Below are positions 18,963 to 29,728 of a stretch of DNA of 64,000 bases, piece after piece. How positions within the stretch are numbered: the stretch's first letter is position 1; every line of letters begins with the position of its first letter. Source of the DNA: Nitrospinales bacterium (GTDB taxonomy: Bacteria; Nitrospinota; Nitrospinia; Nitrospinales; VA-1); assembly GCA_965262115.1 (NCBI GenBank), contig OZ253496.1:160001-224000 (forward strand). Direction: 5' to 3'. Position numbers and translations under genes: made by a program. The notes under the pieces are model-generated. The model saw nothing but the letters and a program-made list of their open reading frames with translations. It searched no databases and had not been told where the DNA came from.

Positions 18963-21221
18963 TTACTTTTGAGATCCCACGTAGTTCAGCGCAGAACCTG
19001 CGTTGAACCAATTGATCTGATCATCATTCAGGGTATGGTTGACCTGTACGCTGTCGCTCGACCCGTCTTCATGCTTGACAGTCATGGTTACCGGTTGTCC
19101 CTGAGCGATGCTATCCAGTCCGGCAAAACTGATCTTGTCTTTAGCCTGAATCTTGTCGTAATCGGCCTTATTGGCAAATGTGAAGGGCATGACTGCCTGC
19201 TTCTTCAGGTTGGCTTCAAAGATTCGGGCGTAGGAATTAGCGACAAATACAAGGCATCCCATATGACGGGGTTCCATGGCCGCATGCTCACGGCTTGAAC
19301 CTTCGCCTACGTTTTCATCCGCAAATGCGACCCAACCCATTCCCGAATCTTTCAAGTTACGGGCGATTTTGTTGAGCTCCTGGTTTTCTTCTCCTGTTAC
19401 CGGGTTATTGCCTTGTCCGGTCTCGGGATGAAAAGAGTTTGTGGCCCCCAGGAACATATTGTTGCTGATATTATCCAGATGACCACGGAACTTCAGCCAC
19501 GGACCCGCTTGGGAGATATGGTCGGTGGTACATTTTCCTTGGGCCTTAAATAATACGGGAAGGTCCTGATAGTCTTTAACCGGGTCCTGTTTCGGGAAGG
19601 GATCGAGAAACGCCAACCTTTCGCTGGTCGGGTCAATGGCAACCTCTCCAGACATGCTCGGGGCTTCAAAACCTGCGTCCTGAGGGGTATAGCCATTAGG
19701 CGGAAGAACTTCTCCGGCTGGGGGTTGGAATTTGAAGTCGTTGCCGTCCTTGTCTTTCAGGGAGTCGGTCAGCGGATTGAATTTCATGGAACCGCTAAAC
19801 GCCATGGCTACTACCAGTTCGGGACTGCTGATGAAGCCCAGGGTTTCCGGGTTGCCATCGTTACGCTTGGCGAAGTTGCGGTTGTACGAGGTAAGGATGC
19901 TGTTTTTATCGCCTTTCTTCATATCATCCCGTTTCCATTGTCCGATGCAGGGGCCACAAGCATTGGCCAGAACAGTTCCTCCAACATCTTCAAACTCCTG
20001 TAGGATGCCGTCACGCTTGATGGTTTGGTAAATGGTTTCTGATCCTGGTGTCACCATCAGGTTGGTCTGAGCTTTCAGCCCAGCTGCTTTAGCCTGTCGA
20101 ACCAGGCTGACCGCACGGGTCATGTCTTCGTAACTGGAGTTGGTGCAGGAACCGATCAACGCGGCGGAAATTTTTTCCGGGTAGCTTTTTTCATCGACTT
20201 CAGCGCTCATTGCGGATACAGGTCTACCAAGATCCGGCGTATGCGGGCCAACGATATGAGGCTCCAGGCTGTTTAAATCTATTTCATGATATTCATCGTA
20301 GTGTTTTTCAGGATCAGCTTCCACGGAAGCATCAGACCGTAGATGCTCGGCGTATTGCTTGCACAGATCGGCAATGGGGCCGCGGTCGGTGGCACGCAGA
20401 TACGGATCCATCATTTCGTCGTAGCCGAAGGTGGAGGTGGTGGCGCCGATTTCCGCTCCCATATTGGTGATGGTGCCTTTGCTGGTGGCACTCATGCTTC
20501 TGGCCCCTTCACCAAAATATTCAAGGATTTTTCCAGTTCCGCCCTTAACGGTCAGCATCGTGGCCACTTTCAGGATGACATCTTTGGATGCTGTCCAGCC
20601 GCTCAGGTTTCCGGTTAATTTAATACCAACGAGGTGGGGCATTTTTGTCATGAAAGGTTGACCGGTCATGACATCCACCGCGTCCGCACCGCCAACTCCA
20701 ATAGCAATGGTACCCATGCCGCCGGCGTTAGGAGTGTGTGAATCTGTCCCAATCATCAAGGTTCCAGGGCAGGCATAGTTCTCATAAACCACTTGATGAA
20801 TGATTCCGGAACCTGGTTTCCAGAAACCCATGCCATATTTCATGGAAGCGGAGCGCAGAAAGTCGTACACTTCCTTGTTGGTTTCTTCGGCAGCTTTTAG
20901 GTCTGCCATAGCCCCCGAATAGGCCTGGATTAAATGATCACAGTGTACAGTCGTGGGAACATCTACCTTGGGCATTTTAGCCGACATAAACTGGAGAATG
21001 GCCATCTGCGCGGTTGCGTCCTGCATGGCTACCCTGTCGGGATGCAAATAAATGTCGGAAGACCCACGCTCGAGTTTTGAATAATCCGTTGCAGGGTCTA
21101 AATGTGTGTAAAGTATTTTCTCAACAATGGTAAGATCACGGCCCAGGTTCTTGCGGGCGGCATCACAAATTTTTGCATAGGACTTAAACAGCTTTTCAAT
21201 CGGGGCTAATTCCATTAACAT
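18963..21221 (-). CDS. acn: Aconitate hydratase (mitochondrial-like type)
   Basis: DRVAMQDATAQMA, HCDH, GSCTNSSYED, ACGPCIGQW and GSSREHAA motifs. Confidence 0.95.
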   Translation of the reverse strand: MLMELAPIEKLFKSYAKICDAARKNLGRDLTIVEKILYTHLDPATDYSKLERGSSDIYLHPDRVAMQDATAQMAILQFMSAKMPKVDVPTTVHCDHLIQAYSGAMADLKAAEETNKEVYDFLRSASMKYGMGFWKPGSGIIHQVVYENYACPGTLMIGTDSHTPNAGGMGTIAIGVGGADAVDVMTGQPFMTKMPHLVGIKLTGNLSGWTASKDVILKVATMLTVKGGTGKILEYFGEGARSMSATSKGTITNMGAEIGATTSTFGYDEMMDPYLRATDRGPIADLCKQYAEHLRSDASVEADPEKHYDEYHEIDLNSLEPHIVGPHTPDLGRPVSAMSAEVDEKSYPEKISAALIGSCTNSSYEDMTRAVSLVRQAKAAGLKAQTNLMVTPGSETIYQTIKRDGILQEFEDVGGTVLANACGPCIGQWKRDDMKKGDKNSILTSYNRNFAKRNDGNPETLGFISSPELVVAMAFSGSMKFNPLTDSLKDKDGNDFKFQPPAGEVLPPNGYTPQDAGFEAPSMSGEVAIDPTSERLAFLDPFPKQDPVKDYQDLPVLFKAQGKCTTDHISQAGPWLKFRGHLDNISNNMFLGATNSFHPETGQGNNPVTGEENQELNKIARNLKDSGMGWVAFADENVGEGSSREHAAMEPRHMGCLVFVANSYARIFEANLKKQAVMPFTFANKADYDKIQAKDKISFAGLDSIAQGQPVTMTVKHEDGSSDSVQVNHTLNDDQINWFNAGSALNYVGSQK

Positions 21222-21440
21222 TGACTTCACCTTATTTTTAGATAGGGTTACAAATGAAAGACCCGGCAAACCCGTTGCCCGGCCAAAATTTCTAAATTTA
21301 AAGAGCCACTTTTAGAGGCGCATATTTTGGCATGGATTCAAACGGATTTCAATTTTTTTTAAAACCACGCCCGGCAAGGGCGTATTTTAAATAATTTATC
21401 TATTTATAGACTTAACTAGCATCTCCTTAGGATAAGGTTT

Positions 21441-22202
21441 ATGTCTTCAGTTTTTGATTCACAGGCTTTTAACGCGAATCTGTTTTTCCCCCGGCAGGAC
21501 ACAGCTCCCACCCCCGAAGATTCCGATGAAATTCAGGTGCAGGTAGAACCGGAAACGATGGTTCATGTTCGGCGACACCCATCGTCCGAAGCCAGCTTCA
21601 GTTTGTTGTTCTTTCACGGTAATGGAGAAATTGTATCGGATTACGATAATCTGGCCGGGCACTTCGCCGTAATGGGGGCGGAGTTGATCGTCGCCGATTT
21701 TCGTGGTTATGGTAGGAGTACCGGGTTCCCGACTTTAAGAGCCTCACTGGAAGATGCCCATAAAATTTTTGAACAACTTAAATCAACCGGTAAGTTTAAG
21801 GAAAAAGTCTGTATCATGGGCCGGTCGCTGGGTAGTGCGCCGACGCTTGAGCTTTGTGCCAAACATTCGGATGTGGTCGGTTGCGTTCTCGAAAGCGGTT
21901 ATGCCGACCCGGTTCCTCTTGTGGAGCGGCGAGGATTTAAAATCGATCAAACCACGCCCGAAGAAGACGCGGTTTTTAATAACAGCGAGAAGATCCGGTC
22001 GGTGAAGTGTCCGCTTCTAATCATGCATGGGGCTGACGATTTTTTGATTGCTCCGCATGAGGCCAAATTGAATTACGACAATGCTGGATCTAAAGTGAAA
22101 CATCTGGAAATTCTGGAAGGGGTGGGGCACAACGATATGATGATGGCAGGTTCTTATTTCACCAGCTTAAAACGGTTTTTCGATTCCTGGAGTTCATTGT
22201 GA
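21441..22202 (+). CDS. Alpha/beta hydrolase
   Basis: FFHGNGE, GRSLG, HGADD and GHND motifs. Confidence 0.9.
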   Translation: MSSVFDSQAFNANLFFPRQDTAPTPEDSDEIQVQVEPETMVHVRRHPSSEASFSLLFFHGNGEIVSDYDNLAGHFAVMGAELIVADFRGYGRSTGFPTLRASLEDAHKIFEQLKSTGKFKEKVCIMGRSLGSAPTLELCAKHSDVVGCVLESGYADPVPLVERRGFKIDQTTPEEDAVFNNSEKIRSVKCPLLIMHGADDFLIAPHEAKLNYDNAGSKVKHLEILEGVGHNDMMMAGSYFTSLKRFFDSWSSL

Positions 22203-23392
22203 AAAAATATTACAACATCGAGGGAATGATCCGCAACGGGTTCAAATTGAGCCGAGACTATGAAACCCTCGATTTCAGTTATGCCAGATTCGGTGATGAC
22301 GCGATGCAGGAGCTGGTTAAATCACGATCCATCAAACAAGTGCGAAGGTTGACCATCAGCGGGAAAAAACTGACCGCACTTTCGGCCCAGGCGTTGGCGA
22401 AGTCCGATAGGCTGCCTAATCTGGAATCCCTGAAGCTGTATAAAAATAAAATTGGCGATGAGGGCATGAAGTATTTCGCCGAATCTGACAAACTTTCTCA
22501 CCTCAAATCCTTTCGACTGGCGTGGAATGAGATTGGACCCGAAGGGGCTAAGCATTTAGCCGAATCTTCCCATTTTGAGGCGTTGACTTCTTTGGTGCTG
22601 TCGGAAAATCGTATTGGGGATGAGGGGTTGAAATATCTGGCTGAAGCCAAGTCTTTGAGCAGTCTGGAGATCATGGATCTGAGGAAAAACCAAATCACCG
22701 ACGAAGGGGCCAAGGCGTTAGCCAAAAGTAAATGTCTGCCAAAACTACAAACCATTGACCTTTCCGATAATGCCTTAACAGAAAATGGCCTGAACGCTCT
22801 GGCCGAATTTAAAATCTTCAACCTCATCCGTGCCCGACTTGGTGAAGAGGGTACTAAGCTGGACCTCAGCAACCTGAATATCGGCGATGTGGAGTGCAAA
22901 TGTATTGCTGAATGTGAGGAGTTGAAAGACCTGACCCACCTTTATCTGGAATTGAATAAGATCACTGCCAAGGGCATCGAGCTTCTTGCTGGCAGCGAAT
23001 ATTTGAAAAACCTGACCTCGTTGGCCCTCGACCGCAACAAAATCGGCGATGAAGGATTCATTCACATCATTAAATCTAAAACCCTACAGAGCCTTCAGGT
23101 GTTGATGGTGGAAAATAACGGCATCACCGATGAAGGCATCAAAGTCCTCTGTGAAGAAGAGTGCATGAAGAATTTGCTTCGTCTTTATATTGAGGAAAAC
23201 GAAACCACCGAAGAAGGTCTTGACCTGCTAGCCGAACCCGAACATCTGCAACAGATCGAATATCCCGAATTCGAGCGTGAAGAAGAAATCGAAGAAGAGG
23301 AAGAAGAGGAAGAAGAATTCGAGGATGTCGAAGACATCGAAGAAATTGAGGAAGAGGAAGACCTCGACGAAACCGAATACGAAAACCAGTAG
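22199..23392 (+). CDS. RNI-like leucine-rich repeat protein with acidic tail
   Basis: Repeated LxxLxLxxNxIGDEG units; Glu-rich C-terminus. Confidence 0.88.
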   Translation: MKKYYNIEGMIRNGFKLSRDYETLDFSYARFGDDAMQELVKSRSIKQVRRLTISGKKLTALSAQALAKSDRLPNLESLKLYKNKIGDEGMKYFAESDKLSHLKSFRLAWNEIGPEGAKHLAESSHFEALTSLVLSENRIGDEGLKYLAEAKSLSSLEIMDLRKNQITDEGAKALAKSKCLPKLQTIDLSDNALTENGLNALAEFKIFNLIRARLGEEGTKLDLSNLNIGDVECKCIAECEELKDLTHLYLELNKITAKGIELLAGSEYLKNLTSLALDRNKIGDEGFIHIIKSKTLQSLQVLMVENNGITDEGIKVLCEEECMKNLLRLYIEENETTEEGLDLLAEPEHLQQIEYPEFEREEEIEEEEEEEEEFEDVEDIEEIEEEEDLDETEYENQ

Positions 23393-23411
23393 TGCTAGGC
23401 GCACGGCCGAC

Positions 23412-23510
23412 TGCAATAGCTCTTACTGGTGAGCAAAAAGTTGTCTCGGCTTCAAAAGATTTTCCCATTTTCTTCCCTCCCTTCATAGGGAGGGACTGAG
23501 GGAGGGTTGG
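23412..23510. repeat. Intergenic repeat modules (TGCAATAGCTC module plus REP-like CCCTCCC hairpin)
   Basis: 23412-23451 matches the reverse complement of 58431-58470; 23473-23510 matches the reverse complement of 54385-54423. Confidence 0.7.
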
Positions 23511-23602
23511 CTAATCCAAAGAGGAGCGGACCAACTAGGGAGTGATGTCCCTCCAGGGAATGAAGACAAATGAGGGAGACACCACCGAAAGGAAGTTGCC
23601 TG

Positions 23603-24677
23603 ATGACTGTATACGAAATGAAACCTGACCGAATTGAGAAATTAGATGAAACTTCTTTTGAAAGGGCAGGGATAAAGGAAAGAACGGACTTGCAACGTCT
23701 TCTAAGAAATCAGATTGATGTTATATCACCTGATACTCTGGTTATCAGTGAAGAATTTGGTGAATGGAAGATTCCAGGCGAAGGATTGATCTGCTTGGTT
23801 TGGATAAAGAGGCCAACCTGGTGATTATTGAACTTAAGCGCACAGAAGATGGCGGCCATATGGAATTACAAGCAATTCGATATGCCGCAATGGTTTCCAC
23901 TTTAACGTTTGAAAAAATAGTGGAAATCTATGGGGATTATCTTGAAAAAATGGGGAGTGAAGGTGTTGCAAGAGAGACCATTTAAAAATTTTTGGGTTGG
24001 GATGAAGATAAAATAGATGGAGAGGATGGGGTAAATTTGCTCAAGACGTTCGTATTGTACTGGCTTCGGCAGAATTTTCTAAAGAACTAACTACGGCTGT
24101 GATGTGGTTAAATGACAGGGATATAGACATTCGATGCATTCGTCTAAAACCTTATGCGGATAGAGATAGATTGCTTCTAGATGTTCAACAGATAATTCCG
24201 TTGCCAGAGGTCGAGCAATATCAGGTTCAAGTGCGGGAAAAGACCCGAAGGGAACGAATAGCAAGAGTACAGTCCAAAGATTTCACGAAATTCGACATCA
24301 CTATTGAGGGGAATACTGAGAGCCGATTGAACAAAAGAAATGCTATTTTTAGAGTGGTATCTCATCTCTGCAAATCAGGGGTGAGTCCAGAACAAATACG
24401 AGAGGTTATTCCAGAGAGAAAGAACAGGTTATTTGAGAGTGCGGAGGGGACACTAAAGTCAGAGGCATTTATTGAGACAGTTCATGAGCGAAGGGTCAGT
24501 GAAGGCAAACTTTTTGAACCTGATCGCTTTTTTTGTCAGGAAGAGAATTTGGTTCACTGGGATGGAAAAACTTATGTTTTTACCAATCAATGGGGGCAAA
24601 GCACCGAAGAGACCATCAAACTTGTAATTGAGAAATTTCCAGACAGGGGTATTCTGTACAAAATCAGTGATCAATAG
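23603..24677 (+). pseudogene. NucS/PD-(D/E)XK-like endonuclease pseudogene
   Basis: RIDLLGLD..LVIIELKR and QAIRYAA motifs. Frameshift near 23767, TAA at 23983 and a second frameshift near 24035. Confidence 0.8.
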
Positions 24678-24700
24678 TTAAGTAGGAAGAGGGGCAAGTC

Positions 24701-24808
24701 TTTTCTTGACTCATGTTGGAACGAAAGCTCGAAATCAGCCAACCCCCCTCAGCCCCCCTGTGAAGGGAGGGAGGCAAATATTTCTTTCTTGACTATGTTG
24801 GGACGAAA
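24701..24808. repeat. Short direct repeat (TTTCTTGACT-ATGTTGG.ACGAAA) enclosing a REP-like hairpin
   Basis: 24702-24726 versus 24785-24808; CCAACCCCCCTCAGCCCCC...GGGAGGG between them. Confidence 0.6.
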
Positions 24809-24900
24809 AAACTAAAAGCACAACAAGCCAAACCGCTGGAGGTTAATCACCCCAACCCATCGAACAAAACCTATTGCTCATTGGTTGCGGCGACTCGCCG

Positions 24901-25446
24901 CTACCAGGAGGTGCGCCAGAGTTCCTGGGAAGATTTCATTTTGAAGATTTCTTTGACCTTTTCGGTGAAATTTTCATCGGTGAAAGTTTTGGTGTATTCA
25001 TCCCCGGCAGTTTTGTAAGGGTTCCACGACATGGCCAGTCTTTCGATGAACATTTCATCCAGCGGAACGCAGGTGATCTTTTTGATGATGCTGGTTTCAG
25101 AGTCAACGAGAATCGCTACCATATTATATTCTTCTTTGGCATAGAGCGCTTCGATGAACCCGGGTGCTTCCTTTTCCTGCTGAGCCGGATTACACGGGGT
25201 CTCCAGCAACCAGTCTTCACTACCGATAGCAAAAATGGGGATGGAGGGAAACTCCGACTCCGCCACCAGTTTGGCCCTCCATTTTCCGTCAAAGGCCTTG
25301 ATTTGCGCTTCAGAAGGGTGGGGCACTGAGGCGAGCAGGAGCATTTCGCCATTGGGAGAAAAGGAAAGTCCGCCACCGTGACCCGCAATGGATAAAGGGC
25401 AGGGTTGGCCTTCTCGAAAACTTACAGTCTCATCTATTTCGCTCAT
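24901..25446 (-). CDS. Hypothetical protein
   Basis: 181-aa ORF with protein-like composition. Confidence 0.7.
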   Translation of the reverse strand: MSEIDETVSFREGQPCPLSIAGHGGGLSFSPNGEMLLLASVPHPSEAQIKAFDGKWRAKLVAESEFPSIPIFAIGSEDWLLETPCNPAQQEKEAPGFIEALYAKEEYNMVAILVDSETSIIKKITCVPLDEMFIERLAMSWNPYKTAGDEYTKTFTDENFTEKVKEIFKMKSSQELWRTSW

Positions 25447-25721
25447 AGTAATATTAGAGTATTCAGGGTTAGGAAAATCCTATTTTGTTGAAGTTGAGGG
25501 CTGTTGTCAAGTCCACCACTACCCGTGGAGGGAACTTTCTCTAAACGGGCAAGAATTCTTTGGTTTAGTTCGATGTCTTTCCTTTTTTGGGCCACCGACT
25601 TATGATGCGCCGGAAATAAAAAGGGTTCAATCTACCTCCATTCATTCAAAGCGGTTGAGTTCTCGTGTCGGTTCGGTTAGGCTTATCGGTTTAAATCCTT
25701 TTATAAAGACAGCACAAAATC

Positions 25722-27116
25722 ATGATTGCGACCCTGATTTCCCACGCCTGCCTGCTGATCCAATCGCGCGACACCACGGTGCTGACCGACCCGGTGTTTT
25801 TTGACTACCTGTGGGAGGAATGCAATATCCAATGCCCCAGCATAGATCTTGATTTGGCAAAGCTCCCGAAAGTGGATATTTTAAATATCTCGCACCGGCA
25901 TCAGGATCATTTTGACATCCGCACCCTGGCTTATCTGGCGGGGGACTCGGGCATTCTGGCTCCAGATGCTGTGGTGCTGGCCCCGCGTGACGAGATTCTG
26001 CTTGAAGTTTTGAGAGAACTGGAGTTCAAAAATGTGACTGTGGTGGAGGATTTCAAAACCCTGGAGATCAAGGGACTGACGTTGACACCCACACCTTCAT
26101 TGAATAAACAGGATTATTTTCCGGAAAATGGTTTGTTGATTCATGATGGGGAAGTGACTCTGTGGAACCAGGTCGATACTATTGTGTCGCCGGATATCAT
26201 TAAGTACATGCATCGTTTGCACGGGCAGTTGGATTTTGCTCATGTTCGGTACCTGCCACTTTTGGAAGGGAACTTTTGTTTTCATAATGCCTTGGAACTG
26301 CCGATGGAGGAGTACGGTTCCTACCTCAAAGTCGCTGCTGCCTGCAGGCCGAAGTTTGCCGTTCCCGGTTCAGCCGGATTCAAATATCGTGATGAGTTCG
26401 GGTTTCTCAATCAATATTCGTTTCCCACCACGCAGGAACAGTTTTTAAGGGATCTGAAAGATTTTTGTCCGGAGATCAAGAGCAGTGTGTTTTATCCTGG
26501 GGACCAGGCCATCATCACCAAGGAGGGAGTGGAAATTCAACAAGCCGCTTCAGACTTTGTGAAAATTAAAGTGGATGATGGGCATAAACTGGAGTTCAAA
26601 CCTGTGGCCGAGGTTCCGCCCATTCGCACCCGGACTGAAGATAAAGCGGAGCACGAAAAACAGTGGCAGGAGGTGGTCGATTTTATCGAGAACCGGTTTG
26701 TCGAACTACTGGTTGCGGAAAAAGCTGTGCAGAGCTGGGTGGACTGGAAGGTGGCCTATCAACTTGAGGTGTTCGGCCATGACGGGTCGGAGATATGGTG
26801 TCTGGATTTTGCCGGTGAGGATGCAGGTATCATCAAAGGGCGCATCGGGAAAATCAACCTCTATGAAGGAATCGCCTGCTCCGAACTTTATAGTCTGATA
26901 AAAAATGAAACCAGTTGGGACTTTGTCGGCATCAACGGCCAGTATCGTACGTTTAAAGATATTTACCGGGTTCGAGTGGGAGAGTTTGAGCATTGGACCA
27001 AGACGGACAAAAAGTTTCCTCAGCCTTTGACCGAAGTGTTCCCTGCGGGGAAAGAGATGGACCGCGCAAAATTTTTGCGCGATGTGAAACGCTGGAAAGG
27101 CCAGGCCGGGGCCTGA
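25722..27116 (+). CDS. MBL-fold metallo-hydrolase
   Basis: HACLLI, TDP and SHRHQDHFD metal motif. Confidence 0.85.
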   Translation: MIATLISHACLLIQSRDTTVLTDPVFFDYLWEECNIQCPSIDLDLAKLPKVDILNISHRHQDHFDIRTLAYLAGDSGILAPDAVVLAPRDEILLEVLRELEFKNVTVVEDFKTLEIKGLTLTPTPSLNKQDYFPENGLLIHDGEVTLWNQVDTIVSPDIIKYMHRLHGQLDFAHVRYLPLLEGNFCFHNALELPMEEYGSYLKVAAACRPKFAVPGSAGFKYRDEFGFLNQYSFPTTQEQFLRDLKDFCPEIKSSVFYPGDQAIITKEGVEIQQAASDFVKIKVDDGHKLEFKPVAEVPPIRTRTEDKAEHEKQWQEVVDFIENRFVELLVAEKAVQSWVDWKVAYQLEVFGHDGSEIWCLDFAGEDAGIIKGRIGKINLYEGIACSELYSLIKNETSWDFVGINGQYRTFKDIYRVRVGEFEHWTKTDKKFPQPLTEVFPAGKEMDRAKFLRDVKRWKGQAGA

Positions 27117-27220
27117 GCCAAAAGTGAGAGAGATCGACCGTCATTCGCGAGGAGCTTTGCAGCGAATGACCTTTACAGCGTGGGCGAAATTTTTAAGGGC
27201 AACGCTGTCTGAGATACCCA

Positions 27221-27249
27221 TTGACAGGGTAGGGGCAAGGGGGTAAAAT
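27221..27249 (+). promoter_or_regulatory. Sigma70 promoter of tRNA-Met
   Basis: TTGACA-17 bp-TAAAAT. Confidence 0.75.
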
Positions 27250-27285
27250 CCTAATCTTCTAAATAACAAGTAGTTATATATAAAT

Positions 27286-27362
27286 GGCGGTGTAGCTCAG
27301 GTGGTTAGAGCATACGGCTCATATCCGTAGTGTCGGGGGTTCAACTCCCTCCACCGCTACCA
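27286..27362 (+). tRNA. tRNA-Met (CAT), elongator-type
   Basis: Cloverleaf GGCGGTG...CACCGCT-A-CCA with anticodon loop CTCATAT; Ile2 not strictly excluded. Confidence 0.93.
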
Positions 27363-27374
27363 TTTTAATATAGG

Positions 27375-27414
27375 AAAAAAAGGAATTGTGGGATTGCTCG
27401 CAATTCCTTTTTTT
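27375..27414. terminator. Intrinsic terminator after tRNA-Met
   Basis: A7-GGAATTG...CAATTCC-T7. Confidence 0.8.
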
Positions 27415-27500
27415 GTGGGAATGGTTGATGGTCCGTGTTTGTCCGTTGAGAGACTGTCCGGTATGATGGCGGGAGGCCAACCCATAAATTCGGGGAATGT

Positions 27501-27854
27501 ATGAGTAGAAAAGACATCAATACACTTATCAAACTTTCCAGAAAATTAGGTGAGAGTATTTCTGATGAAGGAACTTTTGAAGAGCGACAATCAAAATACC
27601 TTGTTATGAAATGGAAATATAAAGGTATTGCATTTGCCCATAAATTCCCGGGTTCAGTAAAAACATCATCCATCAATCACCAGTACGCCCAAATGCGAAA
27701 GAACTTGCGAGCAAGTGGTTTAGAACCACCGAGTGAATTTGCTACAAGATTAATGGGTTCCGTTGAACAGCAGGAAATGTTAAAAGAACTTTGGGTTCAT
27801 CTTGGGACTGATGACGAAGGTGAAACACCCTATGGTGGAGATGTGGATAAATGA
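27501..27854 (+). CDS. Hypothetical protein
   Basis: 117-aa ORF directly downstream of the tRNA. Confidence 0.6.
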   Translation: MSRKDINTLIKLSRKLGESISDEGTFEERQSKYLVMKWKYKGIAFAHKFPGSVKTSSINHQYAQMRKNLRASGLEPPSEFATRLMGSVEQQEMLKELWVHLGTDDEGETPYGGDVDK

Positions 27855-27926
27855 TAAATAGCTTACCCATCAAGTTGGAAGTGACTTGGGGTCAAATAAT
27901 TTCAAATTTTAAGGAGGTTAATACTC

Positions 27927-28205
27927 ATGTCTGTCGAAGTAACTATTGATACCACTCCCAATGAGCATGCTTTAAAGTTCAACCTCAACAAAAAAATCCT
28001 TGATTCTGGTTATAAGACTTTTAACAGTCCGGAAGATGCAAAAGATTTTCCGGTGGCCTTGAAAATTTTTGAAAACGAAGGTGTGGCGAGCGTGTTTGTA
28101 ATGGCAGATGGGGAAACGACGTTCATCACCGTCTCAAAAAAACCGGAAGCGAATTGGGATGGCTTGAAAGATAAAATCGTGGAGGATATTAAAGCGGTGC
28201 TCTGA
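27927..28205 (+). CDS. NifU/Nfu N-terminal scaffold domain protein
   Basis: TPNEHALKF, GVASVF, FITVSK and W motifs; AAGGAGG RBS. Confidence 0.85.
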   Translation: MSVEVTIDTTPNEHALKFNLNKKILDSGYKTFNSPEDAKDFPVALKIFENEGVASVFVMADGETTFITVSKKPEANWDGLKDKIVEDIKAVL

Positions 28206-28981
28206 CGTGAGACTCTTTTTTTGTGCCTTTAATTTTAAAATTTATAAACCAAGTCCGCGCCAAAATGAGTTGATGTTCAGAACCTAAGTTTTCAGCCAAC
28301 GGACTCCGGTCGACATCTGAAACTAATACTTTGTACCCAGCAACCCCTTTCAAACTCCAATGTCGGTCAATCTTGCGAGAAAGAATTGATTTCAATGCCA
28401 AATCCTTCAAACCCCCTTCGGCGTTAAAGACTGCAATGCCTGATTGGGTAGATTGGGTCGAAGTGATGCCAAAGTAGGTTTGCATGTAGTTGTCATCTGC
28501 GAAGGTCATGGTCCCTTAACGTTCCAATCCACATCTGTATGGCGCCCAAAGGAATAGCCGAGTCCAATAATAAATAAAAATCCATCATGATTGCCGGAAA
28601 TATCATTCTGGAACTGGAATGAAAGTGAGTAATCATCTAAATTCAGCTTGGCGAAAATTCGGCCATCAATATCGCCAAGTCCATTTAGTTTTACGGAGTC
28701 ATCTTCTTTCCGGCTCTCGTAATAGCCTAAAGATCCCCCAAACTCCAGATCTCTGTTTTTCATAAGATAGACGCCTAAACCTACTCTACATTCACAAAAA
28801 CCGATTTTCCTATGGAAATGTTGACCAGAGGCAAGAGGTCGAATTCATAATCATGGGCACCTTCAAAAGTTGGTCGGTTTATTGCAATGCCTCCCAACGA
28901 AGCCGAAAAGTCGACTGCTCTCACGATCTCCGGAGAAAAGAAGAAAATTGTTAATAGCAATGCTAATAAGGTTTGCTTCAT
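28189..28981 (-). pseudogene. MipA/OmpV-family outer membrane protein, fragmented
   Basis: Three consecutive fragments: signal + PTFEGA..Y, LNGLGDID, and ADDNYMQTYFGI...SPL. Confidence 0.75.
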
Positions 28982-29289
28982 GCCGTCTTAATCCAGGTTA
29001 AATTCATTCTTCTCCCAAATAAAACAATCACTATATCTTATCGATTGTGGATCGAAAAACTGAAACAAATACTGACTGTGATTTATGGGTAATTTTCTGA
29101 TTTTGGAGGGACCAAGAATACCAATTAACTCATTGATTTATATGATATAAATGGTTTTATTCGAACTTGCCACCTTGCAAATACTATTGAAAGCCCTTCC
29201 TGAAACCGATTAAGTATAGTGTGGTATGTTTCTTTTTTTGATTGTTTTTAGCATTCATTATGGACATCGCTGGGTGTTTAGGTTAATAT

Positions 29290-29308
29290 AATGAGAATCG
29301 TTATCATT
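29290..29308 (+). promoter_or_regulatory. Fur box
   Basis: AATGAGAAT-C-GTTATCATT is a near-perfect 9-1-9 Fur palindrome next to -10-like TAATAT/TATAAT, upstream of a bfd-like gene. Confidence 0.75.
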
Positions 29309-29340
29309 CTAAGGGATGCATTCTCTAATTATTTGAATTT

Positions 29341-29646
29341 ATGAATCTTCCGCCTACAGTTGAAACCGATGAGATCATCTGCCAATGCTATCAGGTCACT
29401 GAGGGCACCATTCGTAATATCATTGCCAAAGGTGAATTAAACGATATTGATTCCGTCACTGCGGATTGCGAGGCCGGTGGGGGATGTCATTCCTGCCATA
29501 TTCTCATTCAGCTCTTCATCGATCAGCATCAGGAAAAAACTACGACCATGGAGGACTTGGTCCACGATCATGCGCAGAAGGTGAAAAAGAGGGGTATTCT
29601 GAGCCGCTTATTCAATAAATTTAAATCTACGAACACCTCTGCCTGA
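29341..29646 (+). CDS. BFD-like [2Fe-2S] protein
   Basis: ICQC...AGGGCHSC motif. Confidence 0.88.
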   Translation: MNLPPTVETDEIICQCYQVTEGTIRNIIAKGELNDIDSVTADCEAGGGCHSCHILIQLFIDQHQEKTTTMEDLVHDHAQKVKKRGILSRLFNKFKSTNTSA

Positions 29647-29728
29647 AGCTCCCCGCCCACTAGCCTCGGGGGCAGTAGCCGTGATATTCTTCCTCAACAT
29701 TCCTGCCCCGAAGCAACTGTGTTAAATG

